From the NCBI GenBank assembly GCA_031279155.1, contig JAITJB010000028.1:1-37795 (forward strand): a stretch of DNA of 37,795 bases, read 5' to 3'. How positions within the stretch are numbered: position 1 is the first letter of the stretch; each line of letters begins with the position of its first letter. The stretch is from Deltaproteobacteria bacterium (GTDB taxonomy: Bacteria > Desulfobacterota > Desulfarculia > Adiutricales > Adiutricaceae). Shown here one piece after another: positions 1 to 9,374 of the stretch. A model generated the notes under the pieces. The model saw only the letters and a program-made list of their open reading frames with translations. It ran no database searches and was not told where the DNA came from. Position numbers and translations under genes: made by a program.

Positions 1-527
1 TAGCCCTGACCTACGGCCTTAAATTTCCACTCGCCGCTGTGACGGTAGAGCTCACCGAAGATTAAAGCCGTTTCTGTGCTCATGTCTTCTGAGAGATCGA
101 AGCGGGCAAGTTCGGCGCCGTCGCCTTGATTGACAATGCGGATAAAGGCGTTGGAGACCATGCCAAAATTTTGGCGCCTGGTTTCGGCCTCATGAATGGT
201 TACGGCTACGACGATTTTTTGGATAGCCGGGGCCACGGCCTTAAGGTTGACTTTGATCTGCTCGTCGTCGCCTGCGCCCTCGCCGGTTAGGTTGTCGCCG
301 GTATGTTCGACAGCGCCGTCAGCGCTTTTAAGATTATTATAGAAAATAAAGTCGCCGCCATCACGGACTTTACCATCCTCTTTGAGAAGTAAGGCCGTAG
401 CATCGAGATCGAAAGCTGCGCCATCAGTAGATCTAAGGTCCCAACCTAGGCCGACGACCACGGCCTGAAGGCCAGGGGCCGTTTTATCGAGGGAAATGTT
501 TTGACCTTTAGCTAGTGAAATTGCCAT
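1..527 (-). CDS. TerD-family (tellurium-resistance/stress, Ca-binding) protein; C-terminus cut by window edge
   Basis: Manual minus-strand translation from the ATG at 527-525 gives [30 protein letters not shown]...[15 protein letters not shown]...[13 protein letters not shown]. It is collinear with, and clearly paralogous to, the 191-aa TerD ORF at 1967-2542. It is missing from the ORF track because it has no stop inside the window. Confidence 0.85.
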   Translation of the reverse strand, partial: MAISLAKGQNISLDKTAPGLQAVVVGLGWDLRSTDGAAFDLDATALLLKEDGKVRDGGDFIFYNNLKSADGAVEHTGDNLTGEGAGDDEQIKVNLKAVAPAIQKIVVAVTIHEAETRRQNFGMVSNAFIRIVNQGDGAELARFDLSEDMSTETALIFGELYRHSGEWKFKAVGQG

Positions 528-543
528 AAGAGACCTCTGTAAG

Positions 544-1380
544 TTATTTGTTAATGTAAAAAAGGGCGGCCAGGCCGGCCAATAAGCACCACGGGGCAAA
601 AAGAGGTAGTCGCCCGCGGTCGATTAAGACGGTTAGAAGCTTTAAGGCTAGATAGCCGGAGATAGCCGCAACTATTAAACCCACTAAAAGATATTTAAGC
701 CCCAAGGGGCTGGTCATACCGGTAGACAAGCTTAAAATGAGGCCGCCTAAAATTGCTGGTATTGAAGCTATAAAGGAAAATTTAGCGGCTAATTGCTTGT
801 TTAGTCCCAATATCAAGGCCGCCGCGATAGTAAGCCCGCTGCGCGATAAACCCGGGGCGATGGCAAAGCCTTGTGCCAAGCCGATTATGAGGGCGTCTGA
901 GAGCCTCATGGTCATGATAGCCCGGCACCCTGGTTTAACTAGGGCGGTAAGCGCCAAAACTGCCGAAGTCAGCAAAAGGGCTAAGCCCACAGCTCGGATA
1001 GAGCTAAAGAGAGAAGTCAAAAAAGAACGGAAAGTAAGGCCTAAAACAGCTGTGGCTAGGCTTGCTGCGATTATCAGGATGCCCAACCGAAAATCAGGCC
1101 GGGTTTGATAATATTGGCTCAAGATAGAAGGCGATATCAAAGCTTTTGGGAGTAATCTAAGTTCACTTATGAGCCCGGCTAAGGTTTGGCGGTAGTAGAA
1201 GATGACCGCAGCTAAGGTGCCTAAGTGAAGAACTAAATCGAAAACTATATCGGGATCAATAAAGCCTAAATAGGCCTGAGCCAAGACTAAGTGGCCTGAT
1301 GAAGAGACGGGTAGAAACTCGCAAAGGCCTTGAATTAAGGCCAAAACAATGACCGATGCTAGCGGCGCAAGATTACTCAA
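544..1380 (-). CDS. uppP: Undecaprenyl-diphosphatase (UppP/BacA)
   Basis: The 278-aa polytopic membrane protein carries the hallmark N-terminal motif [15 protein letters not shown] and a later PGLSRSG motif. It uses a TTG start 6 nt after the upstream stop. Confidence 0.9.
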   Translation of the reverse strand: MSNLAPLASVIVLALIQGLCEFLPVSSSGHLVLAQAYLGFIDPDIVFDLVLHLGTLAAVIFYYRQTLAGLISELRLLPKALISPSILSQYYQTRPDFRLGILIIAASLATAVLGLTFRSFLTSLFSSIRAVGLALLLTSAVLALTALVKPGCRAIMTMRLSDALIIGLAQGFAIAPGLSRSGLTIAAALILGLNKQLAAKFSFIASIPAILGGLILSLSTGMTSPLGLKYLLVGLIVAAISGYLALKLLTVLIDRGRLPLFAPWCLLAGLAALFYINK

Positions 1381-1386
1381 GGTAGC

Positions 1387-1941
1387 TTAAAGGGCGACAG
1401 CAGTGCCGGTCATGGAGATCATGATCATACCGTGGTTAGAGGTTAGCTCTTGGTAGGAAACATTAAGGCCAATGACAGCTGTAGCCAGCCTCTTGTGGGC
1501 GATGGTTTTGAGCTTATAGAGACAGGCGGCTTCAGCTTCTTTGATCTTCTCCACGTAGAGATCTGATTGTCGGCCCATAAGGTCAGTCACCGCCGTAGCC
1601 AAGGTGGTTAGGGGGCCGGTACCTAAGACCACATGGGCGGAGACAAAGCCAAGGTTTTTGTAGGCGCCTTTGTCATAAGGGTTAAAGGTAAAAAGCTCAA
1701 TGGCCAGACTTTTTTTCCTCATCTCCTCGATGATCTTTTGGGGCGGGGCTTGGGGGTAGAGAAACTCTTGACCATACCTATTCTGAGCCTGGTCGAGGAT
1801 TTGGCCGAAACAACTCGCGCACAGAGGCGAGGGAACTTCGATCTCCCACTGTCGCAGTTGTTCGATTTTGGTAATGCTCTCTTCCGAGGCCCCGGTTAGG
1901 GCCCCGAGATCGGTTCCGCATCTGATACAAATTTTATTCAT
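1387..1941 (-). CDS. YbjQ/UPF0145 (DUF74) domain protein with N-terminal zinc ribbon
   Basis: The C-terminal ~100 aa (LGFVSAHVVLG...ATAVIGLNVSY...MISMTGTAVAL) matches the YbjQ-family pattern. The N-terminus has CIRCG...CASC, i.e. two CxxC pairs. Confidence 0.6.
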   Translation of the reverse strand: MNKICIRCGTDLGALTGASEESITKIEQLRQWEIEVPSPLCASCFGQILDQAQNRYGQEFLYPQAPPQKIIEEMRKKSLAIELFTFNPYDKGAYKNLGFVSAHVVLGTGPLTTLATAVTDLMGRQSDLYVEKIKEAEAACLYKLKTIAHKRLATAVIGLNVSYQELTSNHGMIMISMTGTAVAL

Positions 1942-1966
1942 TAGATCAAAAAACTCCTAATGAAAT

Positions 1967-2542
1967 TTAGACATTAACCCCGTAATTACGGGCTAATGGG
2001 CCCAGGCCGCCGGCGTAACCCTGACCAATGGCCTTAAATTTCCACTCTCCGCTGTGGCGGTAGATCTCGCCAAAAATCATGGCCGTTTCCGTACTCATGT
2101 CCTCAGATAGATCGAATCGGGCAATCTCTTGGTTGTCGGCTTGGTTGACGACCCGAATGTAAGCGTTGGAAACCATGCCAAAGTTTTGACTTCTCTTATC
2201 AGCGTCATGGATGGTTACGGTCACCGAGATCTTTTCAATTTCTGGCGGGACCTTGGTCAGCTGAATTTGAATGACTTCGTCATCGCCTTCGCCCTCGCCG
2301 GTGCGGTTGTCGCCTTGGTGCTCAACGGATCCATCAGAGCTTTTTAGGTTGTTATAAAAAATAAAGTCGTGGTCTTTTCTGACCTTACCAGAGGAATTAA
2401 GGAGGAAAGCCGAAGCGTCAAGGTCAAATTCGCTGCCGTCAGTGACCCTGGTGTCCCAGCCTAAACCCACGAAGATGACGCTCAATCCTGGAGTCTCTTT
2501 ACTGAGCGAGACATTACCGCCTTTTTTTAGTGAAATCGCCAT
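1967..2542 (-). CDS. terD: TerD-family tellurium-resistance/stress protein
   Basis: The 191-aa protein reads [16 protein letters not shown]...GLGWD...[10 protein letters not shown]...[13 protein letters not shown]...[12 protein letters not shown], typical TerD/TerE length and motifs. An AGGGAG RBS lies upstream. Confidence 0.88.
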   Translation of the reverse strand: MAISLKKGGNVSLSKETPGLSVIFVGLGWDTRVTDGSEFDLDASAFLLNSSGKVRKDHDFIFYNNLKSSDGSVEHQGDNRTGEGEGDDEVIQIQLTKVPPEIEKISVTVTIHDADKRSQNFGMVSNAYIRVVNQADNQEIARFDLSEDMSTETAMIFGEIYRHSGEWKFKAIGQGYAGGLGPLARNYGVNV

Positions 2543-2814
2543 GGTGAACTCCCTAGATAGAATGAAAATAATGTCTACAGTATTAAAGCAGCTATATATA
2601 ATGGCATGTTATGCAAAACATTTAATTTTTATTCGAGTAAGCTTATTAAAATATGGAATGTAGTTGGCTTGCTCTGTTATATTTTATTTTTATTATCCGG
2701 TTTTGTCAAGGGGTCAGCTCCCGAGACCCAGAGATGTCAGTCAGCCAGAGATGATGTCAGAGCCGAGAAGAGAGAGAAAGAAAGAAGACCAAACCAGCAA
2801 AAGCTAAAGGCTAT

Positions 2815-4548
2815 TTAATTTTTAATATTAAGAAACAAAGCTGTGCTTATAAGAGGCCAAATGAGCATCATATGGTTTTTGGTTCCATCTAAGTGCTCTT
2901 TTAAAATTCTCTCAACCGTGCCCTTGGCCAACCAGCCCAGATCCTTAAAGGGCGAGGAGGTCAAGATATCATGACAGGCAAAATTTAGTTTTTTGTCCTG
3001 GAGCCACAGGTCCAAGGGGGCGTTGAAGCCAGTTTTAACGTAGTTTAGACGGCTTGAGTCTGGCAAAATGCCCTTCATTGCCCTTCTTAGGAGCATTTTA
3101 GTTAAGCCGTTTTCGTACTTAGACGTGCCCGGGGCCGATAGAGCTAGGCTTAAGAGCTGCGGGCTGGTCATGGGGAAGACTCCCTTGACCCCGGCGGCCC
3201 GGCTGCTTAAGGCTTCGCTCCACAAGGTGGGCGTAGAGGTCTCATAGTTCATCTCTTGGAAGAGGCGGTTGGAGAGAAAGAAGGGATAGGGATGCGGCAT
3301 GGGGATGGGCGGGGCGGCGGCCTCCCGGGCCAATACCCACTGTGGGTCGAAATACTCGCGGACTGACGTATAGCGCCTTTGATCGACTTTTATCTCGGAC
3401 GAACCAAAATTAATATTTCGAATAAACCAATCGTCACGGACTTCCGGGCTCTTTTTAAAGACCGGGTGGTTGTGGAGGCGCATCCAAGCTTGGGTTTCTT
3501 TTTCAAAAAGTTCCATTTGGCCGCTAGCTTTAAGATCGGCAAAGAAGACAAAAAAATGCTCAAATTCCCCGGCTAAGCTCTCATCGCCGCCTAAGCCGGA
3601 AAATAAATAATTAAAGCCGCTCTCAGAGGCTTTTTTGGCCAAAACGTAGTGGGCCAGCCAAGTAACGGTGACCATCGGGGCCAATGTCAGTTCCATTAAT
3701 TTACTAGCTTCATCTAGTAAATCCGGGGCCGTCAGATCGATGCGGTTAAGCTTCCAGCCGGTAGCCTTAATGAGGGCGTTTACGCCGTCGGTTTCGTCGT
3801 AGGGACTACCTGACTGATCGTGATAAGCCACAAAAAAAGTTTCTATCGGCCGGCCAAGATGCCTATAAGCTAGGGCGGCAACGGAAGCGCTATCCATGCC
3901 AGAGGATACGGTAAAGGCGTAATTTTCGTCTTTAAGAGCTTGTAACCTAAGAGAAACGTTAGTATCTAAAAGTTCGACATACTGTTTGGAGGCCTCCTCA
4001 GGCGAGAGGTTTGGGATCTCAGATCGAAAGGGAAGACTTAGGTAGCGCTCCTCGCGAGCCCCTTCTTGGGTCAAGGTGACCGAAAACCCGGCCGGAACCT
4101 GGCGGACGCCTTGGTGAAAGGTCCGGCCAGGATCGCGGAAGACGTAGCGGTAATGGGTGGCCACAAAATCGTAAAAGGTGGCTTCATCCATTGGCGGGGC
4201 GCCGCCCAAGAGGGAAAAAAGATCTTTAAGGTCAAAGGCAAAAGCCCAGCCCGAGCCGCCAGAGCAGCCTAAAGCCGGCTCACAACGGGCGTAAAAAAGT
4301 GGGGTCAAGCCGCAGGGGTCGCGGATAAGGACGACGCAATCTTGGGCGGCCTCATAGTAAATTAAGGCTAAATCAGACTCTAAGTCATTTAATTTTTCCG
4401 GCTTATGGGCTATTAAGCCCATGAGCTCGCCTTGGCTGTGGCCGATGGGAGGATTAAAAATGCGACCGCGACTTAGCCAATTGTCGCCAATATCTGGATC
4501 GTTACCAGGCGTATAGACGCCTGATTGCTTAAGTAGCTTAACCGTCAT
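2815..4548 (-). CDS. Asparagine-synthetase (AsnB)-family adenylating/amidating enzyme lacking the N-terminal catalytic Cys
   Basis: The 577-aa protein has a PP-loop-type motif FTVSSGMDSASVAA (SGGxDS variant) and AsnB-like length and architecture. The N-terminus is MTVKLL, with no Cys2. A GGAGG RBS sits 8 nt upstream of the ATG. Confidence 0.7.
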   Translation of the reverse strand: MTVKLLKQSGVYTPGNDPDIGDNWLSRGRIFNPPIGHSQGELMGLIAHKPEKLNDLESDLALIYYEAAQDCVVLIRDPCGLTPLFYARCEPALGCSGGSGWAFAFDLKDLFSLLGGAPPMDEATFYDFVATHYRYVFRDPGRTFHQGVRQVPAGFSVTLTQEGAREERYLSLPFRSEIPNLSPEEASKQYVELLDTNVSLRLQALKDENYAFTVSSGMDSASVAALAYRHLGRPIETFFVAYHDQSGSPYDETDGVNALIKATGWKLNRIDLTAPDLLDEASKLMELTLAPMVTVTWLAHYVLAKKASESGFNYLFSGLGGDESLAGEFEHFFVFFADLKASGQMELFEKETQAWMRLHNHPVFKKSPEVRDDWFIRNINFGSSEIKVDQRRYTSVREYFDPQWVLAREAAAPPIPMPHPYPFFLSNRLFQEMNYETSTPTLWSEALSSRAAGVKGVFPMTSPQLLSLALSAPGTSKYENGLTKMLLRRAMKGILPDSSRLNYVKTGFNAPLDLWLQDKKLNFACHDILTSSPFKDLGWLAKGTVERILKEHLDGTKNHMMLIWPLISTALFLNIKN

Positions 4549-4576
4549 AGAAGGGACCTCCGAAGTTTATTTTATG

Positions 4577-5524
4577 TCAGCAAGGTAGAGAGCTAGGGAT
4601 TTGATTTTTAACTGAGATTGTCCGGTATAATAGAGTCTTTCTAGCTAAATACGTGACCGTGTTACCTATAAAGGCCGGCGACGGCCCAGAGGGCGTGAGC
4701 CTTAAAAACCTCAAAGCCATAGCTGAGGCTGAGGCCAAAAACTTGGGTATCGATCCATAGGGCGTCTTAAAATAGGGCCGCCATATTTCTATTATCTCAA
4801 AACCAAAGGGCGTTAAAACCCGGTTTACGGCTTTTGGCGTTGGGTAGACTTGGTGGAATGGATGAAAGAGCCGAAAATTTGGGCCGTAGATCCTGGCGGC
4901 TAAGCACTTAGGATTTATAAGGTTACCTAAAAGTAATAGCCCGCCAGGGGCCAGCCAGTTTAAAGCCTTAAATAAGAAGAGATCTGGCCTAGAGAGGTGA
5001 TCGATGGTCTGGTTAAGGATGATGGCGGCCAAGGGCTTTTTTGGGGCAACTAAGTCTTCGGCCCATTGATTGATAACTTTTAGCCCCCTTTCACCGGCCA
5101 GTTTGGCGGCCAATATATTGGGCTCAACAGCTATCTTGGGATTGGGGACGGCCAAAAGTGAGAGCATTAGACCAGTTCCGGCCCCAATATCCATAACGGC
5201 CCCGCTTTCCGGCAAATAGGCGGTCATGGCTTGGGCGTAGATCTGATACTCAAGTTTGCGCTTTTCGGCTCTATCTAAGGGATTGACCATCAAGCGGTCA
5301 GGGTCCCGGCCAGATAACCAGCGCTCGGGGCTTGAGAAAAACTTTTTGGAGGCCTCATGGCTCGGGTGTGGGTTAACTTGCCAAGAGCCGCAGGCATCGC
5401 ATTGTTGGATCTGAAATTGGCTAGGTGAAAAATCAGCCAAGGGCTCGGTAATAGTAAAGGGATAGACAGCCCTCAGCGGGCCGGCACCGCACCAGCGGCA
5501 GACGGCTGTCAGTTGGAGATCCAC
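4577..5524 (-). CDS. Class I SAM-dependent methyltransferase with N-terminal Zn-ribbon
   Basis: It has SAM motif I VMDIGAGTGLM and N-terminal CRWCG...CDACG. It uses a GTG start that overlaps the upstream gene by 16 nt. Confidence 0.7.
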   Translation of the reverse strand: MDLQLTAVCRWCGAGPLRAVYPFTITEPLADFSPSQFQIQQCDACGSWQVNPHPSHEASKKFFSSPERWLSGRDPDRLMVNPLDRAEKRKLEYQIYAQAMTAYLPESGAVMDIGAGTGLMLSLLAVPNPKIAVEPNILAAKLAGERGLKVINQWAEDLVAPKKPLAAIILNQTIDHLSRPDLFLFKALNWLAPGGLLLLGNLINPKCLAARIYGPNFRLFHPFHQVYPTPKAVNRVLTPFGFEIIEIWRPYFKTPYGSIPKFLASASAMALRFLRLTPSGPSPAFIGNTVTYLARKTLLYRTISVKNQIPSSLPC

Positions 5525-6186
5525 AGGGCGGCCCAGTGGTGGTTAAATCCCCGATCGGTTTCGAGGGTATGAACTAAAGTAAGGCCAGCAGAACTTGCCA
5601 AGTTCTCAACTTGGGCCGGGGAATTTATAATATCGGCCCCATATTTTTGCTCCATAGGCTTTAAGAAGTGCTGGCTCATAAGTAAATATCCCCCTTTGAC
5701 CAGTTTGGCCGCAAGGGCGTTAAATAAGCCGGTTATGTTTTCCAAAAGCCCCCATAAAACTTGGGCCAAAATTATGACTTGGAATGTTCCGTCTGGCCAA
5801 GGGCACTTTGGGCTATCAATTTGCCGTAAATCAAAACTAATATACTCAAAGTTAATATTAAGCTTTGCCTCCGTGAGCCTTTTTTGGGCGTTAGATAAGG
5901 CTGTTGGCGAGATGTCACTTAAAATTATTTGGCAGCCGGGGCTATTTTTTTCTATAACTCTAGCTATCTCTAAAGAAAATAGACCGGTTCCTGCGCCAGC
6001 GTCTAAAATTTTGGTTAAAGGTTTTGGGCAGAGATCTAAAAGTAAGAGGGCGGCCCTCATATCGAGCCTTAGGCCTAATTTTTCGATCCACCAGGGGTCG
6101 GGGCAATTTTGGTACATAGCCTCGTAGTCGCCCACATGACGGCCATCGACAATAAAAAATCGGCCATAATCGTTATCGCGTTTCAT
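5509..6186 (-). CDS. Class I SAM-dependent methyltransferase (NodS-like)
   Basis: It has SAM motif I ILDAGAGTGLF and an N-terminal CPDPWW element of the kind seen in NodS-type methyltransferases. Confidence 0.7.
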   Translation of the reverse strand: MKRDNDYGRFFIVDGRHVGDYEAMYQNCPDPWWIEKLGLRLDMRAALLLLDLCPKPLTKILDAGAGTGLFSLEIARVIEKNSPGCQIILSDISPTALSNAQKRLTEAKLNINFEYISFDLRQIDSPKCPWPDGTFQVIILAQVLWGLLENITGLFNALAAKLVKGGYLLMSQHFLKPMEQKYGADIINSPAQVENLASSAGLTLVHTLETDRGFNHHWAALWISN

Positions 6187-6220
6187 AGGGCCAACTAAAA
6201 CTTAAATAAGGCTAGCTTTA

Positions 6221-7519
6221 TTAGCGGGCTAGGCGGGCCAGAAGGGAGCATGTCAGGCTAGCTGCGGCCTCGATGTCTTCGGCGGCCAAAGAGGGGGAGA
6301 CTGGCAGGCTAATTTCCCGTTTAAAAAAATCTTCGGCTATGGGAAAATCCCCTTCCACATAACCCAAAGTCTGGCGGTAAAAACTATGGTAATGGATGGG
6401 TATAAACATGACGCTAGTACCGATATTTAGGGCTTTTAAGGCGATGATTAAGGCGTCGCGATCGCAGTTTAAGGCTTCTATTTTAAGCCTAATGGGGTAG
6501 AGGTGCCAGCTATGACCGCAGCCTTGTCTAGTAACTGGAAGCTCCAATAGATGACTAAATTTCTCTAAATGTTTGGTCCAGATATTGGCGTTACGCTTAC
6601 GAGCCTCTTGAAGATCGGGGAGTTTTCGCATTTGGGCTAGTCCCAAAGCGGCTTGGATATCGGTGAAGTTGTACTTGTAGCCAAGCTCAGCCACGTCGTA
6701 TATCCAAGTCCCTTTTGGGGCGTAGCGGCCCCATATGCGCCTGGCGTCAGATATGCCGTAGGCGGCTAGCCTTCGGGCTCTATCTAGTAAGGCCGGATCT
6801 GAACAAGTTAAAAGGCCGCCTTCGCCGGTGGTGATGTTTTTGGTGGCGTAAAAGGAAAAGGCGGCCATGGATATTAAATGCTCGGCCCCCTTTGGGCGAT
6901 GACCGGGGTTCCCGATGGGGAGCCCATTTTGGCTCGTCCCCAAGGCGTGAGCCGCGTCCTCAAGCATGTGGAGGTTGTATTTGACGGCTACCTGCCAAAG
7001 GCGGGGGAGATCGACTGCGTGACCACCGTAGTGGACCGGGACCAAGGCTACAATGGTTAAGCCGGTTTTTTTATGGACCGGGTATTGGTTAGGGCCTTTT
7101 TGGCAATGAATCTCTAAAAAATCCTCGACCCTAGCCGGATCTAAGTTACCGGTGTCAGCTGAGACATCGGCCAAAAAGGGATGCCCCCCGTTATAGACAG
7201 CCGCGTGAGCGGTTGAGACAAAGGTTAGAGGGCTTGTGATTACAGCCTGACCAGGGGCAAGATCCAAAACTTTAAGCCCCAAGTGGAGGGCTGCCGTACA
7301 GGAGTTTAGAGCAAGCGAGCCGGTAACCCCTAGATGAAGGCTGATAACCTTTTCAAACTCATCAGCTCTAGGACCGGTCGTTAGCCAGCCGGAAAAAAGA
7401 GCCTCGCGCAATTGCTCTAATTCGTCAGCATCAACTTTTGGTGGGGAAAAAGGTAAAAACTTAGCTAAAGGCTTAAGGCCTCTAAGATCAATTTCATTAT
7501 CTAAAGGGGCGTTAGTCAT
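6221..7519 (-). CDS. DegT/DnrJ/EryC1/StrS-family PLP-dependent (sugar) aminotransferase
   Basis: It has the motif FSFYATKNITTGEGG (PLP lysine context) and DAAHALG. I place the start at the ATG at 7519, which forms an ATGA overlap with the stop of the upstream epimerase gene. The track's 7534 start is a GTG. Confidence 0.85.
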   Translation of the reverse strand: MTNAPLDNEIDLRGLKPLAKFLPFSPPKVDADELEQLREALFSGWLTTGPRADEFEKVISLHLGVTGSLALNSCTAALHLGLKVLDLAPGQAVITSPLTFVSTAHAAVYNGGHPFLADVSADTGNLDPARVEDFLEIHCQKGPNQYPVHKKTGLTIVALVPVHYGGHAVDLPRLWQVAVKYNLHMLEDAAHALGTSQNGLPIGNPGHRPKGAEHLISMAAFSFYATKNITTGEGGLLTCSDPALLDRARRLAAYGISDARRIWGRYAPKGTWIYDVAELGYKYNFTDIQAALGLAQMRKLPDLQEARKRNANIWTKHLEKFSHLLELPVTRQGCGHSWHLYPIRLKIEALNCDRDALIIALKALNIGTSVMFIPIHYHSFYRQTLGYVEGDFPIAEDFFKREISLPVSPSLAAEDIEAAASLTCSLLARLAR

Positions 7520-8499
7520 GGGGTATTGGACCACTGCCGGGCGTAGGGGTCGGCAGGAAAGCCATTTTCCAGGGCCTCTTTGACGGCCCGCATGCCGCCT
7601 GGGATCTCAGTTAAGGCTTCAAAGCCCAAAACGCTTGCGATTTTATCGAATTTTACGAAATAGTCTCTAAGGTCAGGGTCGGCGGCCACGGTCTCGATGG
7701 AAGCCTCTGGGACCAAGTTTTTTAAAATTTCTCCGATAGTATTAAAAGTAACGTTTTGACGGTTAGAGCCAACGTTAAAAACTTGCGAGCGGACGAGCTC
7801 GGCTTTAGCCTCAAGAACTAGGCCAAAGGCTCTGGCCACGTCGGAGACGGCCACTAACGGTCGCCACTGGAGCCCGGAGAAGATGACGGCCCGTTTTTTG
7901 AGGACGGCCTCGCGGACCAATAGATTGACGGCTAAATCAAATCTTATGCGTTCTGACAGGCCGTAGACCGTAGCCAACCTTAAAATGGTTATAATTTGCG
8001 GTAAATGCCGCGATTGTTGTAAAAATTCCTCTTCGACCTGGGCTTTAAGCTTAGCGTAAGTGGATAAGGGGGCTAGGCTACTTTCCTCATCGAGCTTTTC
8101 GCCTTCGCGGGCGCCGTAACACGAGTCAGTGGAAGTAAAAATAATACGCGAGACGCCTTGAACACTAGCTTGCTTTAGGAGCTTAATTGGAGCTAAATAG
8201 TTAACATCAAAGGTTTCGTGGGGCGATATATCGCAGGCCTTCTCGCCAACTAAGGCGGCCAGGATGACTAAAGCTTCTTTGTTTTTTAGGGCTTTGGAAA
8301 CGACATCAAGATCTCTAATATCGCCTTCGATTATTTCCACGCCCGGTACCACAGATAAGGCGCTATGGAGATCGCGCCCGTGGATAAAGCTATCTAAGAC
8401 CGTAACATGCCAGCCTTGGCTAGAGAGTTGTCTGGTCAGGACCTGACCAATGTAGCCAGCTCCGCCGGCGATGAGAACGCTTTTATTATTTAAACTCAT
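7516..8499 (-). CDS. NAD-dependent epimerase/dehydratase (extended SDR)
   Basis: It has the Rossmann motif IAGGAGYIGQ and a catalytic-type YAKLK (YxxxK). The ATG at 8499 is preceded by AAGGA; the track start at 8502 is a TTG one codon upstream. Confidence 0.85.
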   Translation of the reverse strand: MSLNNKSVLIAGGAGYIGQVLTRQLSSQGWHVTVLDSFIHGRDLHSALSVVPGVEIIEGDIRDLDVVSKALKNKEALVILAALVGEKACDISPHETFDVNYLAPIKLLKQASVQGVSRIIFTSTDSCYGAREGEKLDEESSLAPLSTYAKLKAQVEEEFLQQSRHLPQIITILRLATVYGLSERIRFDLAVNLLVREAVLKKRAVIFSGLQWRPLVAVSDVARAFGLVLEAKAELVRSQVFNVGSNRQNVTFNTIGEILKNLVPEASIETVAADPDLRDYFVKFDKIASVLGFEALTEIPGGMRAVKEALENGFPADPYARQWSNTP

Positions 8500-8796
8500 C
8501 AAAATCCTTTAATATTGATATTTAGACAAAAATATTATAAAAAAATAAAAAGTAGATTTTAGGACCAAGCTGAGCTGCGGCCAAAAGGCCAGCCAAGCGG
8601 CCAAGCTTTGTGGCAATTATAGCCCAGGGCCTTGGCAAAGTCAAAAAAAGGCGACTCGCTTTTAAGTTAAAAACTTGGCCAGTTAGTTTTAGTCAATTTA
8701 TACGGTGGACTTATCTAATATAATAATAAAATTTATGATATAGTTACCTCTTCTGACGCCAAAGGCCAGGTCAGGCCTAAGCGGTCGCGACAAGCG

Positions 8797-8846
8797 GCCA
8801 TTGGCTGCCATTGGCCGCCATTGGCCGCCATTGGTCGCCAATGGCC
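8797..8846. repeat. Five tandem 10-bp units GCCATTGG(C/T)N, with the last unit inverted (GCCAATGGCC)
   Basis: Read directly: gccattggct gccattggcc gccattggcc gccattggtc gccaatggcc. CCATTGG and CCAATGG are reverse complements of each other. Confidence 0.9.
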
Positions 8847-9166
8847 GGCAAGGGGCGCTTTAAAACTTGGCCCAAAAAGCCTTAAAGGCGTTGACCTTTC
8901 TATTGGCTATTATTTTGCCGGACTACTCTCTTAAGGCTCAATGTTAAAAAGCCCGCAACAATCATCCAACCTTGGTCATCTTTTGGCTTTGAAAAATTCA
9001 ATTGCTAGATTATTGGTTTTAATCTTAACCTAGCCAGTGCTGAGCTAGAGTAAAGTAAAAGTCAGTAAATTCGTGGAAATGGATAATAGAACGCAGAGTG
9101 CAATCTTTTGGTCGGAAAGACAGAGGCAAACAATCAGCCAATACTTTTTTTAACCAAAAAAAACTA

Positions 9167-9194
9167 TTGACAGGAATAAAATTTTTGTTATACT
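9167..9194 (+). promoter_or_regulatory. Sigma70-type promoter (TTGACA, 16 nt spacer, TGtTATACT extended -10)
   Basis: TTGACA lies at 9167-9172 and TATACT at 9189-9194, with TG at 9186-9187. It sits ~180 nt upstream of the XRE gene. Confidence 0.5.
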
Positions 9195-9374
9195 GTCTCC
9201 GATAGTTCTCCCGTTTGAAAAACTAAAAGCCGAAACAATCGTTGAGGCCATAAATTATTGCCTCGTGGGTAGTACTATAATGGTTTCCCCGCCTGTGAAC
9301 CTATTTCGGGTTGATTACAGGCGTTATTACAAGGCTAAAAGCCAGATATTATTTTTTTACAGGAGAGATTTACT

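Noticed and set aside
737-1108. A 123-aa plus-strand ORF inside uppP. Many similar antisense or shadow ORFs sit within long CDSs, for example 1633-1899, 5696-6127, 11463-11818, 20437-20802, 22947-23312, 24498-24806, 36137-36673 and 36255-36665.
   Set aside because: They are fully embedded antisense or out of frame in genes with strong family motifs. Their compositions are Arg/Ala/Pro/Ser-rich, typical of shadow frames, and they have no RBS.
2442-2818. Small plus-strand ORFs (2442-2663 and 2606-2818) in the TerD upstream region, and ORF 12277-12537 spanning the priA terminator.
   Set aside because: They cross promoter or terminator structures, are AT-rich or low-complexity, and lack an RBS. 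They are most likely non-coding.
8797-8846. Possibility that the tandem repeats (also 9602-9697, 23849-23947 and 26278-26413) form a CRISPR array.
   Set aside because: The units are 9-21 nt and directly abutting, with no unique spacers. No cas genes are in the window.
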